Assembly (NCBI GenBank): GCA_038889235.1
Contig: JAWAHN010000002.1
Coordinates: 104,356-136,355 of the forward strand
Reading direction: 5' to 3'
Source: Candidatus Jordarchaeales archaeon
Lineage (GTDB): Archaea; Asgardarchaeota; Jordiarchaeia; Jordiarchaeales; Freyrarchaeaceae
Length of the DNA stretch: 32,000 nt
This document shows, piece after piece, positions 7,454-17,192 of the stretch (positions are counted from its first letter, which is position 1; every line of letters begins with the position of its first letter). The notes under the pieces were generated by a model. That model saw only the letters and a program-made list of their open reading frames with translations. It was not told the origin of the DNA and did no database searches. Position numbers and translations under genes: made by a program.

Positions 7454-8047
7454 GTGCGCCTTTGGTTGCTTGACATCCTTGCTTGTCCGGCTGATGGTTG
7501 CAAGTATTACCCGTTGAAACTATCGATATTTGAGTGGGACGACAATGACGCTGGACGAATACTTGAGGTGAGTGAAGCGTACGCTAAAGGCAACGCTGAA
7601 AAGGCGAGGCAGGAGTTGAAGGATAGCGTCAAGGTTGATAGGGTGAAGGGCCTTGTGGAAGACGAGCTTGTTAGGTCTCCGATGGAGGTAAAAGACTACG
7701 CTCTGGCTTTTAAAGAGAAGGTTAACAGCGTGTTTAGCAACGTTGTAATCGACGAAACGGGGGCTAGCACTAAGCTTATAAAGTCAATACTCAGTTTCGA
7801 GCCCCCCTCCGTCCTCAACGAGTCATTTGAAAACACGATATATGTCGCCAACTGGCTGGCCTTCAAAGTCAATGTAAAAAGTGGCATCTTGGTCTGCGAA
7901 AAGTGCGGCCGCTTCTACCCCATAATAGATACGATACCTCACATGCTACCCGACGATCTGAGAGACAAAAAAGAGGATAAAGAGTTCCTTTTGAAGTGGC
8001 AGAAGTTCATCCCAAAGAAGATACTTGAGGCAGAGGGCATCAAGTAG
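7454..8047 (+). CDS. trm112: Trm112-like methyltransferase activator with a long internal insertion
   Basis: N-terminal LLDILACP and C-terminal GILVCEKCGRFYPIIDTIPHMLP are the two halves of the Trm112 Zn knuckle. GTG start at 7454 after GGAGGG. Confidence 0.75.
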   Translation: MRLWLLDILACPADGCKYYPLKLSIFEWDDNDAGRILEVSEAYAKGNAEKARQELKDSVKVDRVKGLVEDELVRSPMEVKDYALAFKEKVNSVFSNVVIDETGASTKLIKSILSFEPPSVLNESFENTIYVANWLAFKVNVKSGILVCEKCGRFYPIIDTIPHMLPDDLRDKKEDKEFLLKWQKFIPKKILEAEGIK

Positions 8048-8056
8048 CCCGGCGCG

Positions 8057-9217
8057 CTAGAATAGTGGGGCATACTTCGAAATAGTCTCCTTAAGTTTTT
8101 TAATGGTCTCTCTCACGACAGCAAATATTCTATCTTTTTCGTAGGTTAGCGGTGGCTTTTCCTGGTCATACATGGTCTCTGGGTCCCTAGGGACATCGCC
8201 AAGTTCAAGTGCGATTTTAGTGTAGAGCTCCCTCCACGACGGAGGCGTATGTTCCGGCGGTTTAACCCCCAGTAACTTACAGACCATCAGGGTCCACGCT
8301 TTTGCCGTGCATCCTATATCGTATCCTCCCCCACCGAGGAGTATTAGTTTACCGCCTGTAGCCTCGTGTGCTAGCTTATGAAGTATCTCCATTATTTTCT
8401 CGTAGCAGTCCAGTGTGAGCGCCTCCGTGGTTAACGGATCCCTGAAGTGCGTATCGACACCGCATTGTTGTATTATTATGTCGGGCTCATAGGACTTCAC
8501 TAGCGACGGAACCACTTCGTTGTATGCATAAAGGTATGCCTCGCTGAACGTTAGGGGAGGGAGTGGAACGTTCACGCAGTAACCTTTCCCCTCTCCCTCT
8601 CCAACTTCGTCTATGAACCCTGTTCCAGGATAGAGGAATCGCCCGTCCTCGTGGAAGGAGACCGTCAAAACGCTCGGGTCATCGTAGAACACTTCTTGGG
8701 TTCCATCTCCATGGTGACAGTCTATGTCGACGATCATTATTTTCTTCAAACCATACTTCTTCTGAAGGTATCTCGCAGTTATGGCGACATCATTGAAAAC
8801 GCAGAAGCCAGCGCCTCTATCTCTGGCGGCGTGGTGCATTCCCCCTCCTGGGTTAAACGTGTGAACCGCCTTTCCTTCAACGACTAACTCTGCAGCCTTC
8901 AAAGAGCCACCGACGAGAATTGCCGACGCACTGAACATTCCCTTGAATGCTGGCGTGTCACCATAGTCTAAGTACCCCACGCCTATCTCATCAAGCTTCT
9001 TAACGCGTTGTAAGTATGCCTCACTGTGAACCAGTTTAAGCTCCTCCTCGCTCGCCATCCTAGCCTCGGCAATGTAGAGGTCAGGGTGACTGAGTAGACC
9101 TATTCCCTTCATGAGCTCCATCATGAGAACCAGCCTTTGAGGGCGCAACGGGTGCTCGGGGCCGAAGAAGTACTTAAGATAATCATCTGAATAAACTAAA
9201 GCTACTTTTCCACCCAA
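8057..9217 (-). CDS. Zn-dependent histone deacetylase family protein (AcuC/class I-like)
   Basis: HPLRPQR, GGGMHHA, GFCVFND, DIDCHHGDGTQ, GGGGY motifs. Confidence 0.95.
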   Translation of the reverse strand: MGGKVALVYSDDYLKYFFGPEHPLRPQRLVLMMELMKGIGLLSHPDLYIAEARMASEEELKLVHSEAYLQRVKKLDEIGVGYLDYGDTPAFKGMFSASAILVGGSLKAAELVVEGKAVHTFNPGGGMHHAARDRGAGFCVFNDVAITARYLQKKYGLKKIMIVDIDCHHGDGTQEVFYDDPSVLTVSFHEDGRFLYPGTGFIDEVGEGEGKGYCVNVPLPPLTFSEAYLYAYNEVVPSLVKSYEPDIIIQQCGVDTHFRDPLTTEALTLDCYEKIMEILHKLAHEATGGKLILLGGGGYDIGCTAKAWTLMVCKLLGVKPPEHTPPSWRELYTKIALELGDVPRDPETMYDQEKPPLTYEKDRIFAVVRETIKKLKETISKYAPLF

Positions 9218-9320
9218 AGCACGAAACCTCCTTCAAACTAGTGTAGAATTACTTATCCACATAGATGAAGAGTCGAGGTGACTTGGGAGTTTGTTTCTCG
9301 AAATAAAAGAAAGGGAAATG

Positions 9321-9755
9321 CTAGTGGATGACGAGCACGTCCCTCTCGCTCCAGCGTATCACTTTCTGCGTAGTGCTTCCGAGTACCACGCGCTTAACTC
9401 CTGTCAACCCTCTCGTTCCAATTACTATGAGGTCAACGTTCTCGTTATTCGCCTCTTCAACTATTTTCTCCGCCGGGTCTCCGTAGGTTATCTTCTTCAC
9501 CACGTCTTCTATACCTTTCTTCTTAGTCAACTTCTCGGCTTCTTCTAGTATTTTCGAAGCCGCTTGTTCTAAGTAAGATTTAACAAGTCCATAAGATGCC
9601 TCAGAGTATTGCTTTACCACTTCTAGTTCTTCTGTTTTAACAACATTTAACAAAATTATCTGAGAATTATACGTCTTGGCGAGACTTATTGCCCTCTCCA
9701 AAGCTCTCTCGGCGTGCTCTGAACCGTCTACAGGAACAAGTATTTTCTTATACAA
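9321..9755 (-). CDS. Universal stress protein (UspA family)
   Basis: YKKILVPVDGSEHA and IVIGTRGLTGVKRVVLGSTTQKV. TTG start at 9755 after GGTGA SD. Confidence 0.92.
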   Translation of the reverse strand: MYKKILVPVDGSEHAERALERAISLAKTYNSQIILLNVVKTEELEVVKQYSEASYGLVKSYLEQAASKILEEAEKLTKKKGIEDVVKKITYGDPAEKIVEEANNENVDLIVIGTRGLTGVKRVVLGSTTQKVIRWSERDVLVIH

Positions 9756-9820
9756 CTGATCACCCAAAAAGAGTTCTCCCGGCATTCCTTTTAAAATTCT
9801 TCTCCACAACGCTTCGCTCA

Positions 9821-10093
9821 TCAGCCGCCGTGCACGACCCCTAGAATCGTTATAACGTCCCCGTCCCGTACCTCGGTATCCAGTCCCTTAAGTACCCTCA
9901 CATCTCTCTCGTTTAAAAGAATAAGCATTCCGGGGGCCACCCTTCCCCCATCGACAACTCTTTTGAAAGCTTCTCTGTTAAGAGCTGCTGAAAGCACGTC
10001 TCTGACACTCGCCCCCTCACCGACTCTAACGTTTAACTCTTTAGTCCCAATGATTCTCGCTAACACTAAAGGTAACCGGACCTTAACCTCCAT
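9821..10093 (-). CDS. MoaD/ThiS/SAMP ubiquitin-like protein
   Basis: About 90 aa beta-grasp pattern, ILLNERDV...LDTEVRDGDVI and C-terminal di-glycine (VVHGG). Confidence 0.88.
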   Translation of the reverse strand: MEVKVRLPLVLARIIGTKELNVRVGEGASVRDVLSAALNREAFKRVVDGGRVAPGMLILLNERDVRVLKGLDTEVRDGDVITILGVVHGG

Positions 10094-10206
10094 ATAAGAC
10101 ACCAGTACTAAACGCAACTAGTCTTGTAAAACTTAGTCAGGGGAGATGCATTTCCTCACAGCCTAAGCGGCTCGGAGTAGGTCAATCTCCTCATCCTCAA
10201 ACTTGT

Positions 10207-10785
10207 TTAACACCACAAACCTATAAATATAGCGTTCACCGTCTATCCACAGTTTGAGCATTTAAGAATGCTTCCAACTCGGAGCCTTCTCTGTCCGCAT
10301 TTATGGTATATTGCGGACGTGTTCTTCTCGCTTACTTTCATGACTTCTGCGCCATACCACTTGCCTTACACGCTATGAACTAGCTTAGCTTTAAGGATGT
10401 GGGAATCTGTTGTTACGCTTTCCTCTAAAGGCCCTACTTTCACCGTTTCGCCTTACACCTTTAAGGTCTCCGAGAAATGTCATTAAATCGTTTGCTAATA
10501 CCTCGTCAACCATTCTTCTGCTTATCCTGTGGGGGATATCGATAACTACTCTTCTCTACTTGCTTCCAACATTCTTTGTAGCTTTGTATGTTTTTTTAGG
10601 GGGGCCGAGGTTCTCCTAAAGCCAGAAGTGTCTCTTAACTTCTCTCAGTTCTCCTCCACAGAATTCCGGCTCTGGGACTGCCGGAACTGACTGTTGCAGC
10701 TATTCAGCTTACTCCTATTTTATTGCTAGAACTGTTTTTTTCTCGTCGACCTCTTTTCCCACAGCTGTATATAGGCGAACCACTC
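10207..10785 (-). pseudogene. tnpB: Degenerate IS200/IS605-family tnpB remnant
   Basis: Hand translation across frames gives EWFAYI / VGKEVDEKKTVLAI / IGVS*IAATVSSG / PEFCGGELREVKRHFW / IPHRISRRMVDEVLAND...FLGDLKGVRRNG / FIACKA / WYGAEVMKVSEKNTSAIYHKCG...LKCSNCG*TVNA. This is the RuvC-I, RuvC-II, Zn-finger, RuvC-III order, with several stops and frameshifts. Confidence 0.8.
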
Positions 10786-10832
10786 ATCAAGGCAAATCCA
10801 TAACATTACATTCTATATTAAAAACAGTTTTC

Positions 10833-12003
10833 CTATCCAAATATCGTCCTAATAGTCCTCGACACCACTAGCGGCATCGCCTCAACTATAATTCTCCTGC
10901 ACCCCTTACGGCCGACGAGTAAGTCTGAAATAAGTCGCTGTATTTTTCCCGATGAAGCGTCCACCACTCTCCTTCCGCTACCTTTCCTTTTCAAAAAGAA
11001 GTTTCTAAGCCAAAGGCTCCACTTCAACTCTCCTCCAACCTCTCTCATGAGCCGCTTTCTGTACCAATGCAATGTTTCACAGCCTTTCTCATAAACTCTA
11101 AGCACACCTTCAGCACCTACAACTGCTGATAGCATCGCAAAGTACATTCCCTCACCGGTTATAGCCGAAACAGCGCCCGCAGCGTCCCCCACAGCCACCC
11201 ACCTCCTCCCGCAAACGTTTTCTATAATACCTGAAAGAGGAACCAATGCTGTCTCAAACTTCCACTCGCCCACCCTTAACCTTGGGCGCCACTAGAGGGT
11301 GCCCCCAAACGAAGTTGTCCAGGTATTTCTTAAGCGAACCCCTAACCTCTGAAAGCAGAGATCCAACTCCAACCACGAGCGAACCCCTTCTAGGAAAAAT
11401 CCAGGCATACCCGAAAGGCGCGACCCCGCCACCATAATAAAAGTAGTTTCTACACCCGAAATCTTCCTCTACACGTTTCTCCCCAACCTCTACAATGTAC
11501 TGGAAGCACAACCCTAACTGGTCTCTCCTCCAATTCCACCCGGAAATAGTTCGCGAGAGCGAGAGGACTCCGTCGGCAAACACTATCCACTCGCACTCGT
11601 AATCGTTGCTCCCACGGCATACTACACTTTCCTCTCTAAAGGAAACCTCTTTCACTCTCTCCCCGCAAAAAACTCTCCCCCCTTCTCCCTCGACTCTTTC
11701 AGCTAAGTGAAGTCCAAGTCTAGTCCTGTCAACGTTTACCCCTACTCTCTCATTGTAGTCAACCATGAACTGTCTTTCCCCAACGGAAACAGCGACACCA
11801 TACAACTCTCTTTCAAACACTTCTGAGCTTATCTTGAACTTTCTCACGGCTCTCTCGGTGAGCATTCCTCCACACGGCTTCCCTTTGTTTGGCGTCTCCT
11901 TCTTGTCAACCACAATAACCCTCAAACCTGATCTAGCCAACTCTTCACCGCAAACTAGCCCGGCGGGCCCCCCTCCTACGACGACCACATCGCACCTCAA
12001 CAC
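10833..12003 (-). pseudogene. Geranylgeranyl reductase-family flavoprotein split by a frameshift near 11262
   Basis: ORF 11254..12003 carries GGGPAG, PCGG and YAWIFP; ORF 10833..11273 carries VGDAAG and TGEGMYFAMLSA. The halves join as KVKGGRV/KFETALVP with a 1-nt register change. Confidence 0.75.
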
Positions 12004-12015
12004 GCTTAACCCCCT

Positions 12016-12759
12016 CTAGAGACTAAAGCTGGAAAGCGTCTCGAGCGCAACTTCAACAGCGTGGTCAAGCCCCTCCACAACCCTTCGACCTATACAGTCG
12101 AAGAAGTCCTTTCCTTCAGTAGGCTTATCGCTCACCGCCATTACAGCACCACACTTTACACCATAAAAAGAGCACACGGCGAAAAGGGCTGAGGTCTCCA
12201 TGTCTATCCCAATGCATCCAGTCTCTACAGCCATTCTCAAGTCTTCCTCCTCTCTAAAAAAGACGTCGGTGGTCCAAACGGGGCCCGCATGCACCCTCCA
12301 CCCTCTAGCCCTTGCCACACTCAAAAGCCTGGCGGTCACATCGCTGCTCCCATCAACCACCATCCTGCCGACATAACGTCTTGCAGTTCCGTCGCCTATA
12401 AATGCCCTATCAGCCACTATGAGGTCTCCCACTCTAACCTCTCTTCTGATACCCCCAGCAAGATCGCTCCTCACAACAAGGCGGACACCCGCCCTACAAA
12501 GCGCTTCTAGGGTTACAGCCGTTGCTGGGCACCCCATTCCAGTTTGCACAACAGACACCGCAACACCACCGTAATATCCATAAAAAGTCTCCCCCCTTCT
12601 TTCGGCTTTATCGAGGAACCTAATTGCCCTAGCCGTAGCTATCTTAGTCGCCGTTAACAACACACGCCTCCCCAACCTGCCCGGTCTACATCCAAGAATG
12701 GCATAAACTTCCCTAACACGTCTTGGCACCGCCCTCAGAAGACTTACGGCCACATTCAA
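12016..12759 (-). CDS. Purine/uridine nucleoside phosphorylase family protein
   Basis: GMGCP, VGDLIV, WTTDVFFRE, GIDMETSALF, VSD motifs. Confidence 0.88.
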   Translation of the reverse strand: MNVAVSLLRAVPRRVREVYAILGCRPGRLGRRVLLTATKIATARAIRFLDKAERRGETFYGYYGGVAVSVVQTGMGCPATAVTLEALCRAGVRLVVRSDLAGGIRREVRVGDLIVADRAFIGDGTARRYVGRMVVDGSSDVTARLLSVARARGWRVHAGPVWTTDVFFREEEDLRMAVETGCIGIDMETSALFAVCSFYGVKCGAVMAVSDKPTEGKDFFDCIGRRVVEGLDHAVEVALETLSSFSL

Positions 12760-12801
12760 GAGTATCTTCCCCCCAGAAGACGTACGAGGAGAAGTGTATG
12801 G

Positions 12802-13656
12802 CTAAATCAGATAGGGTAGCAAGACTTTCCACTCATCTTTTACGACCCCCGAGAAAATTATGAACTGGCGTAGTATTCTCTTTGGCTCTGAGGGTTGAGG
12901 TATCCTGCCAGCCAAGCCGTGAAGAGCCACACTCAGCGGGTCGAAGTACATGACCGCAAGCGTGACTAAGCACATTACAGTCAACATGCTAGCTAAAAAT
13001 ATGAGGAGGGTAAACGGCTTCCTCACTAGTTGCCTCTTAAAACATGCTGGTAAAGCCAGTGCTACCGCAGACGAGAATACCAAGGCGTGGACGGCGTACT
13101 GCCCCTCAACCGTGGCGAAGGTTGTTATTAGGGCAAGCATGGCCGACGAGACGGTTATAGCGGCGTAGTCTCTTGCTGTCAACTCCTCTTCCTTTCTATA
13201 CCACCCTTCCAGCAATATTCCTCCCACCATTAATCCGAAGAACCCTGTGTAAACGAGCTGGTGCCCTAATATTTCATCAAAGTAGTAAACTGGTGCATAA
13301 ACATGGTAAAGGTAAACTAGAGCTTCGGGACTTGTAGCCACCTTCAAAGCCGCGAGCAACATAAATTCGTTCTCAGCCATCGTAACCTCAACCCAGTTAG
13401 CGGCGAAGTGCAAACCGTAGCCTATAAAGAACACCATCAGGGAGAAGAGAAGTAAGATGTCTAGAAAGATCCTCCTCCAACCTTCTCTGTGAACACCATC
13501 CGAGAGAACCCTGTAAAACCCATAAAACATGACAGCCATGTAAGGCGCCTGAACGAAGCACTCAAAGAACACGCCTAGTCCTCCAAAAGCGGTTGCAAAG
13601 GAAACGATGAAGAACAAAGCTATGAGTGCTAGCGACAACCTAGCCACTTTACTCAA
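12802..13656 (-). CDS. Uncharacterised polytopic membrane protein
   Basis: About 7-8 hydrophobic segments; upstream of and co-oriented with the nucleoside phosphorylase. Confidence 0.7.
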   Translation of the reverse strand: MSKVARLSLALIALFFIVSFATAFGGLGVFFECFVQAPYMAVMFYGFYRVLSDGVHREGWRRIFLDILLLFSLMVFFIGYGLHFAANWVEVTMAENEFMLLAALKVATSPEALVYLYHVYAPVYYFDEILGHQLVYTGFFGLMVGGILLEGWYRKEEELTARDYAAITVSSAMLALITTFATVEGQYAVHALVFSSAVALALPACFKRQLVRKPFTLLIFLASMLTVMCLVTLAVMYFDPLSVALHGLAGRIPQPSEPKRILRQFIIFSGVVKDEWKVLLPYLI

Positions 13657-13766
13657 CAGGGAACACCTCTCTCAGAGAAGGAGCTAAAATTCCTAATTAG
13701 AATTTCGCCGTTTAGACACAAAACTAATAACGGTTATCTTCCCCTCTATTCGGGGATGGGACCATT

Positions 13767-14336
13767 ATGGAAGGCAACATTTTAGAAGAAACAGTTAAAG
13801 AATTAGATCGCTCAGCAAAGCTGATAAGGGACCTAGTGGCCGACCTCATAAAACTCAGGCGCAGCCTCTTAAAAGCATACTCGAATTTAAGCAGACTCGT
13901 AGAAGAGCCGGAACTCCTAAAGCAGGCACCTTCCACGCCTCTGACTCCACAGCCTCAACTCGTCGAAGCTCCACCACCAACTCCTCCCCCACCGGTACAG
14001 CCTCCACTCACACCCCAAGTGTCCGTTCCTGCAGCACTCTCTGTGGTGCCTCCTGCGCCTCGTGAGGAGCTCCCCGTTAAGGGGGAATTGGCTCCTATCG
14101 TAAAGGAGTTGATGGAGTCCATAAAGTCCAACCCGCAAGCTTCGAACATTGCTACGAAGCTGAGTGCGTTTAAAGAAAACATTGAGAAAAAGTACATTTA
14201 CCACCCCGTTCTCTCAGAGGTGAAACTGGTTATTTCAAAGTTTCAAAGTATCCCAGGGAGCAGTGTGTTAAGTGAAGGTGAAGTAGAAGAACTCTTGAAG
14301 AAAATCCTAAACTGGGCTTCCCGAATTTCACAGTGA
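13767..14336 (+). CDS. Hypothetical protein: N-terminal coiled coil, Pro-rich linker, helical C-terminal domain
   Basis: ATG start; linker APSTPLTPQPQLVEAPPPTPPPPVQPPLTP; converges on pmbA. Confidence 0.65.
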   Translation: MEGNILEETVKELDRSAKLIRDLVADLIKLRRSLLKAYSNLSRLVEEPELLKQAPSTPLTPQPQLVEAPPPTPPPPVQPPLTPQVSVPAALSVVPPAPREELPVKGELAPIVKELMESIKSNPQASNIATKLSAFKENIEKKYIYHPVLSEVKLVISKFQSIPGSSVLSEGEVEELLKKILNWASRISQ

Positions 14337-15680
14337 CGCGGCAACCAGCCTAACACTGGAAAACCTTACCGAAGGGGAAACTAGGTAAGCGTACTTTCTC
14401 ACGTCATTTGCGACGCCGTCAACGCGCTTAAGCATTTCGTAAAAGTTGTCTGCCACCATAGCCGTCCTTGCCGACCCGATAATTTCTCCTCCCTTTATCA
14501 CCCAGCATGGATTAGCAACTACGCTTATCTCTCCCGAGACCGGGTTACTGGAGTGGGCTCCCTGAACATCCCAGATGATCACTCCATCGTCTATTTCCTC
14601 GATAAGTTTCTCGGGACTTACATCTCCCTTCGTCACAACTAGGTTTGTCGCAGCAATCTGAGGTAGCGAAGCATACCCGGCTCGCCCCGCATTACCCGTC
14701 GACTCGACGCCTGCCACGTTCCCCCAGTAAGTATCGAACAAGAACCCCTTCAAAACCCCCTTGTCTATTATGCTCTTCCTCTGAGTTGGAACTCCTTCAT
14801 CATCGAAGGGAAAAGAGTTGAGGCCGCCCTCCAAAGTTCCATCATCTACTATGTTGAGGATGCTGGAAGCCACTTGCTCTCCAATTTTTCCAGCGTAGGG
14901 TGTCCTCTCCCTCACAACGTTATCTCCAGAAATGGCCTGCAAAAACGTATAACTTATCAGGGAGCTAAGCGCCGGGTGAGCTAAGACAGCCGGCTTCCAT
15001 CCCTGCTCAACATCAGCCGTTTTTAGTGATTCAACAGCTAAGCGCGCCGCCTCTCTCCCCACCCTCTCGGGGTCTATTTTATGGCTCCTTTGAAAGTCGA
15101 AGTCACTACATTCAGGTGATACGCGCTCCCCATCCTTAGCCACAGTTCCGAGGGCACATCCCATCTCTGTTCCTTCAGCGCTAACGTCGATACCGCAACT
15201 ATTCATTATGGATACTTTCTCCCTTCCGCTCACCACCACCCCCCAGTACGCTGAGACCTTATCACTGTAATTAGTTGCAGCGTTAAGCATAGCCACAGCC
15301 GTATCGACGAGCTCTTCCTCGGTCACGCTGCAGACTCTGTTGTCGAATATCCCTAAAACTGCAGAAGGTTTCTTAGGGGACGGTAACCCCCTCCACTTCT
15401 CGTCGGGCTTGCTCACCCTTGCAGCTCTGACAGCCTTATCCACAACATATTCTAGTCTTGTTCTATCCAGATTGTTGGAAAAGCTGAACCCAACTGCCCC
15501 ATTAACGACAACTCTCAATCCAACTCCCTGTTCGTCCGAGAAGCGGCAGGAGGAAACTTGTCCGAGGTTGATTTCAACCTTCATTTCTCTACTGTAACTG
15601 TAGTATACTTCCGTCTCATCCGCTCCAAGCCTTTCAGCGTGTCTGAGAACCCATTCAAGCAACCCGGCTAGGTCACTCAA
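14328..15680 (-). CDS. pmbA: PmbA/TldE family metalloprotease modulator
   Basis: GVGLRVVVNGAVGFS, PFDDEGVP, TGNAGR, GAHSSNPVSGEIS; coupled downstream of tldD. Confidence 0.92.
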   Translation of the reverse strand: MSDLAGLLEWVLRHAERLGADETEVYYSYSREMKVEINLGQVSSCRFSDEQGVGLRVVVNGAVGFSFSNNLDRTRLEYVVDKAVRAARVSKPDEKWRGLPSPKKPSAVLGIFDNRVCSVTEEELVDTAVAMLNAATNYSDKVSAYWGVVVSGREKVSIMNSCGIDVSAEGTEMGCALGTVAKDGERVSPECSDFDFQRSHKIDPERVGREAARLAVESLKTADVEQGWKPAVLAHPALSSLISYTFLQAISGDNVVRERTPYAGKIGEQVASSILNIVDDGTLEGGLNSFPFDDEGVPTQRKSIIDKGVLKGFLFDTYWGNVAGVESTGNAGRAGYASLPQIAATNLVVTKGDVSPEKLIEEIDDGVIIWDVQGAHSSNPVSGEISVVANPCWVIKGGEIIGSARTAMVADNFYEMLKRVDGVANDVRKYAYLVSPSVRFSSVRLVAASL

Positions 15681-17098
15681 CCTTCCCGGCCCCCTACCAA
15701 CATTCTACTACACCTTATATGCGGTCCGCCATCTCCCACGTTTACTGTTTGCCCCTTCCCGCACCACCCGACGTTGAGCTTAAAATCGCGCCCGACGGCG
15801 TCAACGTGCATGAGTGTTTCCAAAGTGTTTCCACTAATAGACAAGTTCCTGACGGGTCTGCCTACTTCGCCATTGACTATCTCGTAGGCCCTTTGGACTC
15901 CAACCTGAAATGTTCCATCGAGGTTGGCCTGCCCCCCTCTAAAGCTCTCAAGTAGATATCCAAAAGAGACTTCCTCCACCATTTCTTCAAGTGTCCACTC
16001 TCCGGGCGCGATGTACGTGTTTCTCATCCTCACAATAGGGGGTACTCTAAAGCTTTCAGCTCTAGCATTCCCAGTAGGTTCAACGTCAAATTCTTCTATC
16101 TTAACGCGCAACTTGTCCACCATTCCCTGAATTTTTGCGGCGGTCTCCCTGTCATACATTAACCCGACTACGCGTCCCTCCTTTACTATACTGCACTTAC
16201 GCGCCCTTACCCCCTCGTCGTCATACTTGAAATTCCCAAACCCCCCTTCTATCGACGCGTCGTCAAATATGTTGACTAACGGTGAGGCAACTCTCTGCCC
16301 CAACTTGTCGAGAAGCAAGCCCCCGGCAAGAGCTAAGTCCGCCTCTGCAAGGTGGCCGAAAGCCTCATGGACCAGTACCCCCGTCACGTTAGGTCCCATA
16401 ACCACAGGGAAAATGCCTCCCTTTGGCGTGGCTGCCTCCAGCTGCTCGACAACGGCGCGTGCAATTTTCTCGGCCAATTCGCTCGGCGTGTTTTTCCTCC
16501 AAACTTTGAACCCTTTGAGCGAACCTATCTCTTCTCTATAGGCAGCATAAACCTCTCCCTCCCTAGCGGTGACCACAGCCTTCCCCCAAACGTAGAGCAC
16601 TTCCTGGACGATACTCGCCCCCTCACTATTAAAAAACCACTTCCTGCCGTACACGTCACTATAACCAAAGTTAAAACTCTTAATCCTCCTGTCGAAGGCA
16701 AACGTTTCGCCTGCTAGCTCCAAAAAAAGCTTGATCTTCTCATCTACCCCAACGTCGGCTGGGTTCTCGTCGGGGACTAACCTAACGTTGTCTGTGAACG
16801 CCTTCACATCGGCCAGTTTTACCTTATCCTTCACAGCTCTACTCGCAGCTCTCGCCATTTTAACGGCGCTTTCACAAGCTTCACACAATCTCTCGACACT
16901 ACTAGTGGATGCGAAACCCCATGCACCATCCACAATTACACGCACAGCAAACCCGCGGTCAACCCCTTGCTTCACAGCCCTAACCTGTTTGTCCTCTATG
17001 CTTATTGATGTTTCCGCAACTTCTTCCCCTCTAACTTCAACGTAACTAGCTCCTATGCTGAGCCCGTAGTTAACTGCCTTGGCCAGCTCGTCTTCCAC
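15677..17098 (-). CDS. tldD: TldD family metalloprotease
   Basis: HEAFGH (HExxxH), DDEGV, TGNARA, RMRNTY, CGKGQ. GTG start at 17098. Confidence 0.93.
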   Translation of the reverse strand: MEDELAKAVNYGLSIGASYVEVRGEEVAETSISIEDKQVRAVKQGVDRGFAVRVIVDGAWGFASTSSVERLCEACESAVKMARAASRAVKDKVKLADVKAFTDNVRLVPDENPADVGVDEKIKLFLELAGETFAFDRRIKSFNFGYSDVYGRKWFFNSEGASIVQEVLYVWGKAVVTAREGEVYAAYREEIGSLKGFKVWRKNTPSELAEKIARAVVEQLEAATPKGGIFPVVMGPNVTGVLVHEAFGHLAEADLALAGGLLLDKLGQRVASPLVNIFDDASIEGGFGNFKYDDEGVRARKCSIVKEGRVVGLMYDRETAAKIQGMVDKLRVKIEEFDVEPTGNARAESFRVPPIVRMRNTYIAPGEWTLEEMVEEVSFGYLLESFRGGQANLDGTFQVGVQRAYEIVNGEVGRPVRNLSISGNTLETLMHVDAVGRDFKLNVGWCGKGQTVNVGDGGPHIRCSRMLVGGREG

Positions 17099-17192
17099 GG
17101 GAAAACCCCCAATAAGGAATATTAACTTGGAAATAAAGCTATTTGTAAGCAATCTAAATCGCCTAAAAGTGGGCTTCAGGAGGCTAAAAGGG

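Noticed and set aside
11250-11290. Intron explanation for the GGR frameshift
   Set aside because: The only BHB-like fold found (GCCC/GGGT) would excise 12 nt and not fix the frame; the protein spacing leaves no room for an insert.
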